The translations under genes were made by a program, and so were the position numbers. Positions 9,325-17,388 of a DNA stretch of 64,000 bases are shown piece by piece. Each line of letters begins with the position of its first letter. Position 1 is the first letter of the stretch. The notes under the pieces are model-generated. The model was given only the letters and a program-made list of their open reading frames with translations, did no database searches and was not told where the DNA came from. This DNA is from an uncultured Enterobacterales bacterium. GTDB lineage: Bacteria > Myxococcota_A > UBA796 > UBA2385. The stretch spans positions 7,703-71,702 of the forward strand of contig CAZRFD010000021.1 in NCBI GenBank assembly GCA_964599085.1. Direction: 5' to 3'.

Positions 9325-10172
9325 TGTCCAAGGCCGCCGCCGTCGACTGGGGGCTGGGCGAGCTCGACCTCGACCAGCTCATCGATGCGGGTGTGGTCGA
9401 GCAGGAAGAGGATCCGGGCGTCGTCGACGCGCTGGACCTCGATCCGGAGCTGACCCGGATCACCCGGCGGATCTCCGGGCAGTACGTCGAGGTCATCGCC
9501 ACCTGGGCCCACGCCGTCTTCCGGGGTGAGGGCCGCCGCAACGGGGGCAGCCGCACCACCACCGTCCAGGTGGACAGCGCCGTGCCGGCGCTGCAGCGGC
9601 TCGCCGACGCCACCGGCGACCAGGCGATGATCGCAGCCCTGGACGATCTTGGGCAGCTCGTCGCCCTCGACGACGGCTCGGCCCGTGGCCGGCAGCTCCT
9701 GGTCCCGCGCCTGCGGGACTGGCTGCGGCGCTTCGCGGCGCTGCTGGAAGGCGAGGACGCCGATCGCCTGCTGAAGCTCGTGGAGTTCGATCGCGACAGC
9801 ATGCCCTTGCTGGATCAGCTCGCGAAGGTCCGGGGCGTCGGTCCCCGCCGCATCGAGCGGCTGTACCTCGCCGGCTTGTTCACCGTGGAGTCGCTCGTCG
9901 ACGCCGACCCGGTCGACGTCGCGCAGGTCAGCGGCGTGCCGCGGGGCGTGGCCGCGGCGGTTGTCGATGCGGCGGCCCGCTTCGAGGAGCAGTGGCGCCA
10001 CGACGTCACGCTGGGGCTGCGGCGCCGCACCGACGAGGTCCGCGCGGTGCTGCGGTGGATCGAGACGACCGGGCGGCCCGACGACCAGGTGCTGGCAGCG
10101 GTCAAGGCTTCCATCGACGAGCTGCGCGCGGCGCTGCGTGCGGCCGGTCTCGACACAGAGGAGCAGTCATGA
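9321..10172 (+). CDS. Helix-hairpin-helix domain protein
   Basis: Tandem HhH: LAKVRGVGPRRIERLYLAG..LVDADPVDVAQVSGVPRGVAA. Confidence 0.8.
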   Translation: MMSKAAAVDWGLGELDLDQLIDAGVVEQEEDPGVVDALDLDPELTRITRRISGQYVEVIATWAHAVFRGEGRRNGGSRTTTVQVDSAVPALQRLADATGDQAMIAALDDLGQLVALDDGSARGRQLLVPRLRDWLRRFAALLEGEDADRLLKLVEFDRDSMPLLDQLAKVRGVGPRRIERLYLAGLFTVESLVDADPVDVAQVSGVPRGVAAAVVDAAARFEEQWRHDVTLGLRRRTDEVRAVLRWIETTGRPDDQVLAAVKASIDELRAALRAAGLDTEEQS

Positions 10173-10711
10173 AGCAGTCCGAGCTCATCGCGGCAGTCGC
10201 AGAGCGCAGCGGCCTGTCGAAGGCCGACGTCTCCCGGGTGCTCGTCGCCCTGCGGGAGGTGGTCATGGACGGGATCGCCCATCAGCAGCGGGTGCCGCTG
10301 GTCGGGCTGGGGTCGCTGCAGCCGCGGCAGCTCCGCCCCCGGACCATCCGCAGCATCGGCGACATGCGCAAGCTGCGCATCGGTCAGCGCTGGTCGGTGC
10401 GCTTCCGTCCCTCCTCTCGCCTCCGCGAGATCCTGCAGGGCATGGGCCCGCAGCAGTGGCGTGACCCGGCGCACCAGAGCGCGTGGCGCCTGGCCGAGAC
10501 GCTGGTCGCGGATCTCGACCTGTACCACGGCGCGCGGGCGCCGAGCCTGACCGCCGACGCCGGGGACGCGCTGGTGCACAGCGCCTGCGCTGGCGCCTTC
10601 GGCGGGCTCTGGACCCGCGTCCTGGACAGCTACCAGCAGCGCACCCCTGACGACGTGCGCGTCGCCCAGGACTACCTCGCAGACGCCGCGCGGCAGCGTT
10701 GGGCCGCCTGA
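10169..10711 (+). CDS. HU/IHF-family DNA-binding protein with a C-terminal RomX-like extension
   Basis: MKQSELIAAVAERSGLSKADV..VPLVGLGSL..VRFRPSSRLRE is an HU fold, followed by about 80 extra residues. Confidence 0.85.
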   Translation: MKQSELIAAVAERSGLSKADVSRVLVALREVVMDGIAHQQRVPLVGLGSLQPRQLRPRTIRSIGDMRKLRIGQRWSVRFRPSSRLREILQGMGPQQWRDPAHQSAWRLAETLVADLDLYHGARAPSLTADAGDALVHSACAGAFGGLWTRVLDSYQQRTPDDVRVAQDYLADAARQRWAA

Positions 10712-10746
10712 ACACGATCCTCACCCTCCCCACACCGGAGCAAGCA

Positions 10747-11502
10747 GTGGAAAGCCTCACCCTGTACGAAGCAGACGGCCACAAGAACGTCGTCCTGCCC
10801 GAATTCGACGCCGGCCAGGGCGTGCCCGCCAACCAGCACGTGATCGTGCACGGCGGGGAAGCCATGATCCTCGACCCGGGCGGCCACAAGGTCTACAACC
10901 GCGTGCTTCAGGCAACCCTGAGGGAGGCGCGCGGCTGCAAGCTCAAGCACGTCTTCCTCTCCCACCAGGATCCGGACATCGTCGCGGCGGTCAACGGCTG
11001 GTTGATGACCACGGACGCAGATGCCTGGTGCCCGTCCCTGTGGACCCGCTTCGTGCCCCACTTCGGCCTCGACCGGCTGGTCGCGGATCGCCTGCACGGC
11101 GTGCCCGACGGGGGGATGAAGCTGTCGCTTGGCGGCCTCGATCTGCTGGTCCTGCCCGGGCACTTCATGCACTCCCCGGGCAACCTCCACGTCTACGATC
11201 CGGTCAGCCGGATCCTCTACACCGGCGACCTCGGCGCATCGGTGGGACCGCCCTACCGCGAGGTCAGCGACATGGCGGCCCACATCCAGGCCATGGATGG
11301 CTTCCACCGCCGCTACATCGCCAACAACGCGGTGCTGCGGCTGTGGCTGGACATGGTGCGCCAGCTCGACGTCCAGACCGTCGCCCCGCAGCACGGCGCC
11401 ATGATGGTGGGTCCCGACAAGGTCGCGGCCTTCTTCGACTGGCTGGAAGGGCTGCAGTGCGGCACCGACCTCGCCGGCGACATGTTCCGTCTGCCGACCT
11501 GA
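10747..11502 (+). CDS. MBL-fold di-iron protein, ODP/FprA-N-like
   Basis: ILDPGG, SHQDPD, HFMHSPGN, TGDLG and PQHG motifs, with no flavodoxin domain. GTG start after GGAG. Confidence 0.85.
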   Translation: MESLTLYEADGHKNVVLPEFDAGQGVPANQHVIVHGGEAMILDPGGHKVYNRVLQATLREARGCKLKHVFLSHQDPDIVAAVNGWLMTTDADAWCPSLWTRFVPHFGLDRLVADRLHGVPDGGMKLSLGGLDLLVLPGHFMHSPGNLHVYDPVSRILYTGDLGASVGPPYREVSDMAAHIQAMDGFHRRYIANNAVLRLWLDMVRQLDVQTVAPQHGAMMVGPDKVAAFFDWLEGLQCGTDLAGDMFRLPT

Positions 11503-11599
11503 ACCGCCCGCGGCCGGGCAGAGCCGCGCCCGGTCGTCCTCCCGCCCGGACCCCCGGGTCCACCCACCACCACGACCCCGCGGGGAGGCCCCCCGCCCT

Positions 11600-12484
11600 C
11601 TACCGCAACCCCCGCCGGCGCCGGACGCCGGCTCTGGAGAGAGACATGAGCAACGCCGCCAACCGCGCCCGCCGCATCCAGGACAACCTCGAGCGTCTCG
11701 TCGACGGGACCCCTGACATCACGGGCTGTGCGCTCGTCTCCGACGACGGCCTGATCATCGGCTCGGTGCTCAAGGCCGAAGCTGACGAGGAGAGCCTGGG
11801 TGGCATGGCCTCCATCCTGCTCAGCCTGGGCTCCCGCGTCGGCATGGAGCTCGACCTCGGCGACCTCGAGCAGGTGCTGATCCGCGGCAAGGTGGCCAAC
11901 GCGCTGATGGTCCAGGCCGGCGACGGTGCCCTGCTGCTGGTGCTCATGAGCCGCAAGGCCAAGCTGGGCCTCGTCTTCCTGGACGTCCGCGAGGGGCTGT
12001 TGAGCTGCCCCATGATGAGCGCCCGGGCGACGGCTTCGGTGCGCGAGCGGGCGTGGAGCTTCCGGCGCATGGTGCGGAAGTGGGTCCGCACGGTGTCCGG
12101 CGAGATCCCGCAGATGTCGGCGATGCCCTTGTCGGTGTGGCCGTCGGCGGCCAGCAGGAGCAGCTCCTGCTGGCGCCGGGTCAGCGGCTCGACGTCTTCA
12201 GGGGCCAGGGGCAGCAGCTCGATGGTGATCGTGCGGTACGGGCCGGCGCGGCGACACTCGATGTGCGCGGGGCGGCCCCGGACGTAGCCGCGCTTGGTGC
12301 GTGGAGCGCCGTCGGCCGACAAGCCCTTCCAGCAGGACTCGGTGCAGATCGCGTCGCCCGCTGTGGTCGTCGCGGCGACGGCCTTGTTGCAGGGCTGGCC
12401 CAGGCAGAAGCCCAGCAGCGCCTGTGCGTCATCGGTCTGGGCGTGGATCCTCCCAGCTTCGTCGATGATCAGCGTGACTTGCAT
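11600..12484 (-). CDS. PAS-like + LuxR-type HTH regulator; natural stop apparently missing
   Basis: LTRRQQELLLLAADGHTDKGIADICGISPDTVRTHFRTMRRKL..SRTEAVARA, with a Cys-rich N-terminal domain. Confidence 0.85.
   Translation of the reverse strand: MQVTLIIDEAGRIHAQTDDAQALLGFCLGQPCNKAVAATTTAGDAICTESCWKGLSADGAPRTKRGYVRGRPAHIECRRAGPYRTITIELLPLAPEDVEPLTRRQQELLLLAADGHTDKGIADICGISPDTVRTHFRTMRRKLHARSRTEAVARALIMGQLNSPSRTSRKTRPSLALRLMSTSSRAPSPAWTISALATLPRISTCSRSPRSSSMPTREPRLSRMEAMPPRLSSSASALSTEPMIRPSSETSAQPVMSGVPSTRRSRLSWMRRARLAALLMSLSRAGVRRRRGLR
11646..12287 (+). CDS. Roadblock/LC7 protein; C-terminus aberrant after about 11990
   Basis: ALVSDDGLII..LGDLEQVLIRG..AKLGLVFLDVR, then read-through antisense to the neighbouring gene. 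Confidence 0.8.
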   Translation: MSNAANRARRIQDNLERLVDGTPDITGCALVSDDGLIIGSVLKAEADEESLGGMASILLSLGSRVGMELDLGDLEQVLIRGKVANALMVQAGDGALLLVLMSRKAKLGLVFLDVREGLLSCPMMSARATASVRERAWSFRRMVRKWVRTVSGEIPQMSAMPLSVWPSAASRSSSCWRRVSGSTSSGARGSSSMVIVRYGPARRHSMCAGRPRT

Positions 12485-12726
12485 TGCACCTTCGGTCCAC
12501 GGACGGCGGTGGGTCGAATGTGCCCCAACCTGCACCGACGCTGGTGCTACCGCCTGCGCCAATTGAGTAGCCTTGAGAGGCGGCAGGCACAAGTGGCCTG
12601 CGAGGCGGATCGTCGCAAGCGGCGTCGGCGCGCGCGACCTGCGGGCCCTGCAAGTCACCTCTGGCGCAAGCTCGGAGCGCTGCGATTGTGCGGCGTAGCG
12701 GCCGACAGTCCCCCCCCCCGGGGCGG

Positions 12727-13830
12727 TCAGGACATGGCCGAGACGTCGTCCATTGTCACGATCTTGTAGTTCTCGGCGCAGAACTGGACCATCTTCTCGT
12801 AGGCCTTGATGATCCGGGCGCGCTCTTCGTTGCTGCGCCGGCTGCTCGGGTCCTTGGCGTCGAGGTTGTAGGGCGGTGCCTTCGCCTTGGACTTCGAGGT
12901 GTCGGTCCAGAAGGTGTTGAGCCACGCGTCGGGCCCGCTGCGGGTGAAGTTGTCGTCGTGAATGAGCACGACGACGTGGGGGGGACGCTTGCCGGTGAAC
13001 TGGCCGACGCGCTTCTTGATCTGCGCGTGGGGGTAGCCGGCGTTGGGCGGGTTGCCGTCCTTGAAGCGGTTCCACCAGAGCTGGCCCGACTTCTCTCCGC
13101 CGATCGTCCAGTTGTCGACCGTGATGTCAGCCGGTCTGGCGACGAGCCCGTAGTGCTTCTGGTAGGGGTTGGCGCCGAGGTTCTTTTCTCCGTGGTACCA
13201 GACGACTCCCTTGGCTCCCTGGCTGGCGTAGTACTCGAGGGCCGCCTGCTTGATGTCCTTGTTGTCGTTGGGGGCACCGACGGTGGATGGCGCCCGGTGG
13301 AAGGTGTCCTTGACGAGCTTGAAGCCGCCGGGGCTCTTGTCGTTGAGCTGGCCGGTGCTGAGGTTCAGCGCGTAGTTCTCGAAGCGCTCGATGCGGCTCT
13401 TGAGCTGGTCGCCCTTGACCTCTTCGAAGCGGCTGTCGAAGTAGTTGAACAGCGGGTGGGGCGGCCGCACGTGGTAGGCGATGCCCTGGCTCTTGAGGTT
13501 GGCGATCGCGTCCCGGCGCTGGTTGAGGTACTTCCGGGTCATGGGGCCGGTCATGTAGAAGTCGCCCTGCACGCCGTACTTCTTGAAGATGCTGCACAGC
13601 GAGTTGACCGCGTCGGCGCTGCCGTTGAGGTAGCGGAAATTCTGCACGTTGATGGCGAAGTTGATGTAGGCCCGCGGGCTGCTGCCAGCACCACCCGTAG
13701 GTGGACCGGCGTAGGCCGACGGCACCCACAGCCGGTCCATGAGCGCTGCGGAGGTCGTCGCCACGACGGCGCTGCTGGCGGCGCGGGTCAGGAATGCTCT
13801 GCGGGTGGTCTTGGTGCCGTCATCGGCCAT
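12727..13830 (-). CDS. Tat-exported protein, possible polysaccharide deacetylase-like barrel
   Basis: TRRAFL twin-arginine motif; GVQGDFYMTG and GIAYH segments. Confidence 0.65.
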   Translation of the reverse strand: MADDGTKTTRRAFLTRAASSAVVATTSAALMDRLWVPSAYAGPPTGGAGSSPRAYINFAINVQNFRYLNGSADAVNSLCSIFKKYGVQGDFYMTGPMTRKYLNQRRDAIANLKSQGIAYHVRPPHPLFNYFDSRFEEVKGDQLKSRIERFENYALNLSTGQLNDKSPGGFKLVKDTFHRAPSTVGAPNDNKDIKQAALEYYASQGAKGVVWYHGEKNLGANPYQKHYGLVARPADITVDNWTIGGEKSGQLWWNRFKDGNPPNAGYPHAQIKKRVGQFTGKRPPHVVVLIHDDNFTRSGPDAWLNTFWTDTSKSKAKAPPYNLDAKDPSSRRSNEERARIIKAYEKMVQFCAENYKIVTMDDVSAMS

Positions 13831-14012
13831 CGGGCTGCTCCTGGGGGTGCAGGGGATGGGCTGTGGGTGGGTGAGTGGGCCGCGTGCGCGAGAACCCCCG
13901 GCCCGCGGTCGCATTCCCACCGTGACGCCGCGGGGTGATGCTACCGCTGCGCGCGCGAAGGTTCCAGCGCGCACCGATCATTGTCTCCGACAATGTCGGT
14001 GCACTCTTGCTG

Positions 14013-14105
14013 GCGGGGGGAGGACCAACCCTCCCCCCGCATCGCGCGCGACACGCGCGCTCCCCCCTCCCCGCCGCCTGATGGGCGGCGGGCGCCTTCG
14101 GCGCC
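14013..14105. repeat. Intergenic cluster of GC-rich hairpins (REP-like or terminator-like)
   Basis: GCGGGGGGAGG-N6-CCTCCCCCCGC, GCGCGCG-ACA-CGCGCGC, CCCGCCGCC-N5-GGCGGCGGG and GGCGCC-TTC-GGCGCC. Confidence 0.55.
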
Positions 14106-14138
14106 TGGCATGCGCTCGGTGCGCCGCCAGAGTCTTCG

Positions 14139-15299
14139 TCAAGACACACGACCATGACCGGTGCCTTCCAGCCCTTCGTGCAGGAGGTGTGCGAGGTGGT
14201 CGGCGAGGGCTTCGTACTGGGCCAGGCTGTTGTAGGTGGACATCGCGCTGATGCGCAGCCACAGCCGATCACTCCACGGGACCACCGGCACCTCGAAGCG
14301 CGCGCGGCGGAGGGCCTCTTCGACCGCCCGGCGCTGGTCCTCTGGCCAGGGCAGCGGCAGGGTCGCCATGCTGCCGAGCATGTCGGGCGGCGCGTGGCGG
14401 CGCGCCCCCAGCCGCTGGCGTAGCAGGGCTTCGGCGGCGAGGAGGAGCGCGTGGTTCGCGTGGCGATGCGCGCGCCCGCCCAGGGCCTCGTGACGCTCGA
14501 TGGCCGCGGCGGTGCACAGCCAGGCGGTGGGGTCATCGGTCCCCGTCCAGTCCAGCTCTGCGTGCAGGCCCAGCCCGTAGCCGTGGGAGGCGATGGGGTG
14601 GTGCAGGCGGTCGCGCCACGAGGGCGCGGCCCAGAAGACCGCGCAGCCCTTGGGGGCGCACAGCCACTTGTGGAGGTTCCCCGCGTAGAAGTCGGCCCCT
14701 GTGGCGAGGAGATCCACGTCGACCTGGCCGGGGCTGTGGGCACCATCCACCAGCACCGGGACCCCGTGTTCGTGGGCGAGCGCGACGAGGTCCTGCACCG
14801 GCAGGACCAGCGCGGTGGGCGAGGTGATCCAGTCGACGACGAGCAGGCGCGTGCGCGGCGTGAGGCGCCTGGCGATGGCGTCGAGCACGTCGCCGGCGCC
14901 GGCGATGGGGAAGGGGAGGGGGGCCTCGACGACCTCCGCCCCCGTGCGCGCCGCGCATGCCGTCAGGGCGTTGCCGACGGCGCCGTAGCGGTGGTCCGTC
15001 GTCAGGAGCTGATCCCCGGGGCGCAGCTCGGGTTCGAGGCTGTGCAGGACGAGCGCCACTCCCGTCGTTGCGTTGCGGACGAAGCCCATGCCCTCGGGGT
15101 CGGCGCCGAGGAAGGCGGCGGCGGCGGTGCGCTGGGTGTCGATGCGTGCCCACAGGTCGCGGTGGAGGAACGCGACGGGGTGGGCCTCCATCTGTCGGCG
15201 CAGCGTCGCCTGGAGCGCCAGCAGTGGGGCCGGCGTTGCACCGAAGGAGCCGTGGTTGAGGTAGGTCCAGCTCGGATCGAGGAGGTGGTCATTGGTCAT
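14139..15299 (-). CDS. Class V PLP aminotransferase (isopenicillin-N epimerase/EgtE-like lyase)
   Basis: YLNHGSFGA, NATTG, VLVDGAH and GNLHKWLCAPKG. Confidence 0.9.
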   Translation of the reverse strand: MTNDHLLDPSWTYLNHGSFGATPAPLLALQATLRRQMEAHPVAFLHRDLWARIDTQRTAAAAFLGADPEGMGFVRNATTGVALVLHSLEPELRPGDQLLTTDHRYGAVGNALTACAARTGAEVVEAPLPFPIAGAGDVLDAIARRLTPRTRLLVVDWITSPTALVLPVQDLVALAHEHGVPVLVDGAHSPGQVDVDLLATGADFYAGNLHKWLCAPKGCAVFWAAPSWRDRLHHPIASHGYGLGLHAELDWTGTDDPTAWLCTAAAIERHEALGGRAHRHANHALLLAAEALLRQRLGARRHAPPDMLGSMATLPLPWPEDQRRAVEEALRRARFEVPVVPWSDRLWLRISAMSTYNSLAQYEALADHLAHLLHEGLEGTGHGRVS

Positions 15300-15925
15300 C
15301 GGCTGGCATCCTCTGGGCACGAGCGGTTCCACGGCGAAGCGTCGACGCCCGGCGGCGGGCGGCCCTTGCCTCGCAGCGCCCGACCGCGGCGCGCGAACTC
15401 GTCGAAGAGACAGAACAGCGGTGCGCTGACCTCGGGACCCTCCACCAGCTCCAGCGCTGCGGCGATCGCCTCGAGCGTGGCCATCCCGCCCGCCAGGTGC
15501 GGTCGGCGCAGCCGGGCGCGGGTGGGATCCCCCGGGTCGACCACCAGGCGCGGCAGCGAGCGGACGCCCGGCAGGCGGCGGACCATCCGGCGCGCCTGGG
15601 CCCAGGTGCCATCGAGGACCAGCAGCTGACGGACGGAGCCGGGTTCGGCGCGCGTCGCCGGCAGGTCCGGGTCCAGCGGAAACAGCAGCGCCGTGCCGGG
15701 CCGCAGCAGCGCCGCGACATTCACGCGGGTGCCGGGGGCGCCATGGTCGTGGATCCGCAGGCGGGGGAGCGCCAGCGCAGCGATCCGAGCGCTGTTCGAC
15801 AGCTTGTCCCGCTCGCGCACGTGGCGGATCACGTCGATGGACAACCGGCTACCGACTGTGGGGACTCGGTCGCACAGGCACCAGCCGATGGGGAGCGCGC
15901 AGCGCGCACAGCGGGGAGCAGCCAC
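15296..15925 (-). CDS. DTW-domain tRNA-uridine aminocarboxypropyltransferase
   Basis: N-terminal CxxC..CxC, LDGTWAQARRM and TLEAIA. Confidence 0.88.
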   Translation of the reverse strand: MAAPRCARCALPIGWCLCDRVPTVGSRLSIDVIRHVRERDKLSNSARIAALALPRLRIHDHGAPGTRVNVAALLRPGTALLFPLDPDLPATRAEPGSVRQLLVLDGTWAQARRMVRRLPGVRSLPRLVVDPGDPTRARLRRPHLAGGMATLEAIAAALELVEGPEVSAPLFCLFDEFARRGRALRGKGRPPPGVDASPWNRSCPEDASR

Positions 15926-15934
15926 CGGTCGGCG

Positions 15935-16540
15935 TCAGCGGACGGGGACGGCCTTGACCTTGGCCTTGCCGTTCTCGACGGAGATTCGGAACTTCACCGA
16001 GCGCGCGCCGGTCTGCTGCTTGATGGCCGCGACCTGCTTCTTGAGCGCCGACTTGACCTTGGTGTACTCCAGATCGGTGGACTGGCCGCAGCGGGTGCGC
16101 GCTTCGATCAGCTTGTCGTAGAGCGTGTGGAAGGCGCGATCTTCCTTGCGTTTTCGTGCTGCACTGCGCTGGGCGGCCTGCTGCTCCTGGCGAGCGGCTT
16201 CCTCGGCCTGCTGCCGCTGACGGTCGCGCATGTCGGCGCGGAACTTGAACTTGGGGTGCGTGCCGCGCTCGATCTGGACGAGGTTGCGCTGCCAGTACAG
16301 CTCGTAGCTGTTGAAGCGCGCCTTCAGCGAGCGGAAGCGGTGCTGCTGGGCGGTGTTGTTCGGGAGGTCCTGCTGCAGCTCGTGCACCAGCCGGCGCAGC
16401 TTGAGGCGATCACCGGCGGGCTCGATCTTCTCGAAGCCGTTGAAGTACTTCTCGTAGCTGATCTTCAACAGGAAGATGGCCTGCTCGAACTCGTCGAGCC
16501 GACCTTCGAAGCTGCGGTCGATGCGGATGCGGCGCGCCAA
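15935..16540 (-). CDS. Conserved myxobacterial protein (MXAN_5187 C-terminal-like)
   Basis: LKISYEKYFNGFEK, YWQRNLVQIERG and FRISVENGKAKVKA. TTG start inferred. Confidence 0.7.
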   Translation of the reverse strand: MARRIRIDRSFEGRLDEFEQAIFLLKISYEKYFNGFEKIEPAGDRLKLRRLVHELQQDLPNNTAQQHRFRSLKARFNSYELYWQRNLVQIERGTHPKFKFRADMRDRQRQQAEEAARQEQQAAQRSAARKRKEDRAFHTLYDKLIEARTRCGQSTDLEYTKVKSALKKQVAAIKQQTGARSVKFRISVENGKAKVKAVPVR

Positions 16541-16634
16541 GGACTGCTCCGGCGGGAGGCCGCAGTGTAGCACCGGGGGCTGCCGTGGACAGGTGGGGTG
16601 CTGTGGCTGCGGCCGGCCGTGGCATACTCCGCCC

Positions 16635-17378
16635 ATGCCGCACAGCCAGCACGACACCCGGGTCCTCGTGGTCGACGACGAACAGGCGATCGTCGAGCTG
16701 GTCAGCGAATACCTGCGGGCGCGGGGCTTCGACGTGGTCACGGCCGGGGACGGGGACGCCGCGCTCCAGGCGGTGCGGCGCGACCAGCCCGACGTGGTCC
16801 TCGCCGACCTCCGGCTCCCCAACCGTGGGGGCATGTCCCTGCTCGAAGCCATCCGCGAACAGCCACGCCCGGTGGCGGTCGTCGTGATGACCGGCTTCGG
16901 AACGGTCGAGACGGCGACCCAGGCGATGAAGCTGGGGGCTTCGGACTACCTGCTGAAGCCGGTGCGGCTGCGCGACGTCCACGCCGCCCTGGTGCACGCG
17001 CTCGACGACATGCGGCGACAGCAGGGCTCCGCGCTCCGCCGGGCCCAGTGTCTCCTCTACGAGAAGCTCCTGGCCATCGGGGGCCCCTGCCAGCCCGAAG
17101 AGCTGACGGATGCCCTCGCCCGGGTGCTGCTCCAGCGCGCCGCCGCCCGCGGGGTCGTGGTGCTCTTGGACGAAGAGGGGCAGTGGCGACGGGTCGCAGC
17201 CGCGGGCGATGACGCGCTCGACGGGGACGCGACCGAGTCGATCGAGGTGGACGCCGGTGGGGTGCGGCTTCGGGTCGAGCTGTCGGGCTGCCGCCAGTGG
17301 GCCGACGCGCAGGGCTGGTCCCGCGATGTCGCCCGAGCCACGGCGACCGCCCTTGGAACAGCGGCGCCGACGGGGTAG
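16635..17378 (+). CDS. Response regulator (receiver + short C-terminal domain)
   Basis: VLVVDDE, DLRLP, MTGFG and DYLLKP. Confidence 0.88.
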   Translation: MPHSQHDTRVLVVDDEQAIVELVSEYLRARGFDVVTAGDGDAALQAVRRDQPDVVLADLRLPNRGGMSLLEAIREQPRPVAVVVMTGFGTVETATQAMKLGASDYLLKPVRLRDVHAALVHALDDMRRQQGSALRRAQCLLYEKLLAIGGPCQPEELTDALARVLLQRAAARGVVVLLDEEGQWRRVAAAGDDALDGDATESIEVDAGGVRLRVELSGCRQWADAQGWSRDVARATATALGTAAPTG

Positions 17379-17388
17379 TCCGGCGGCC

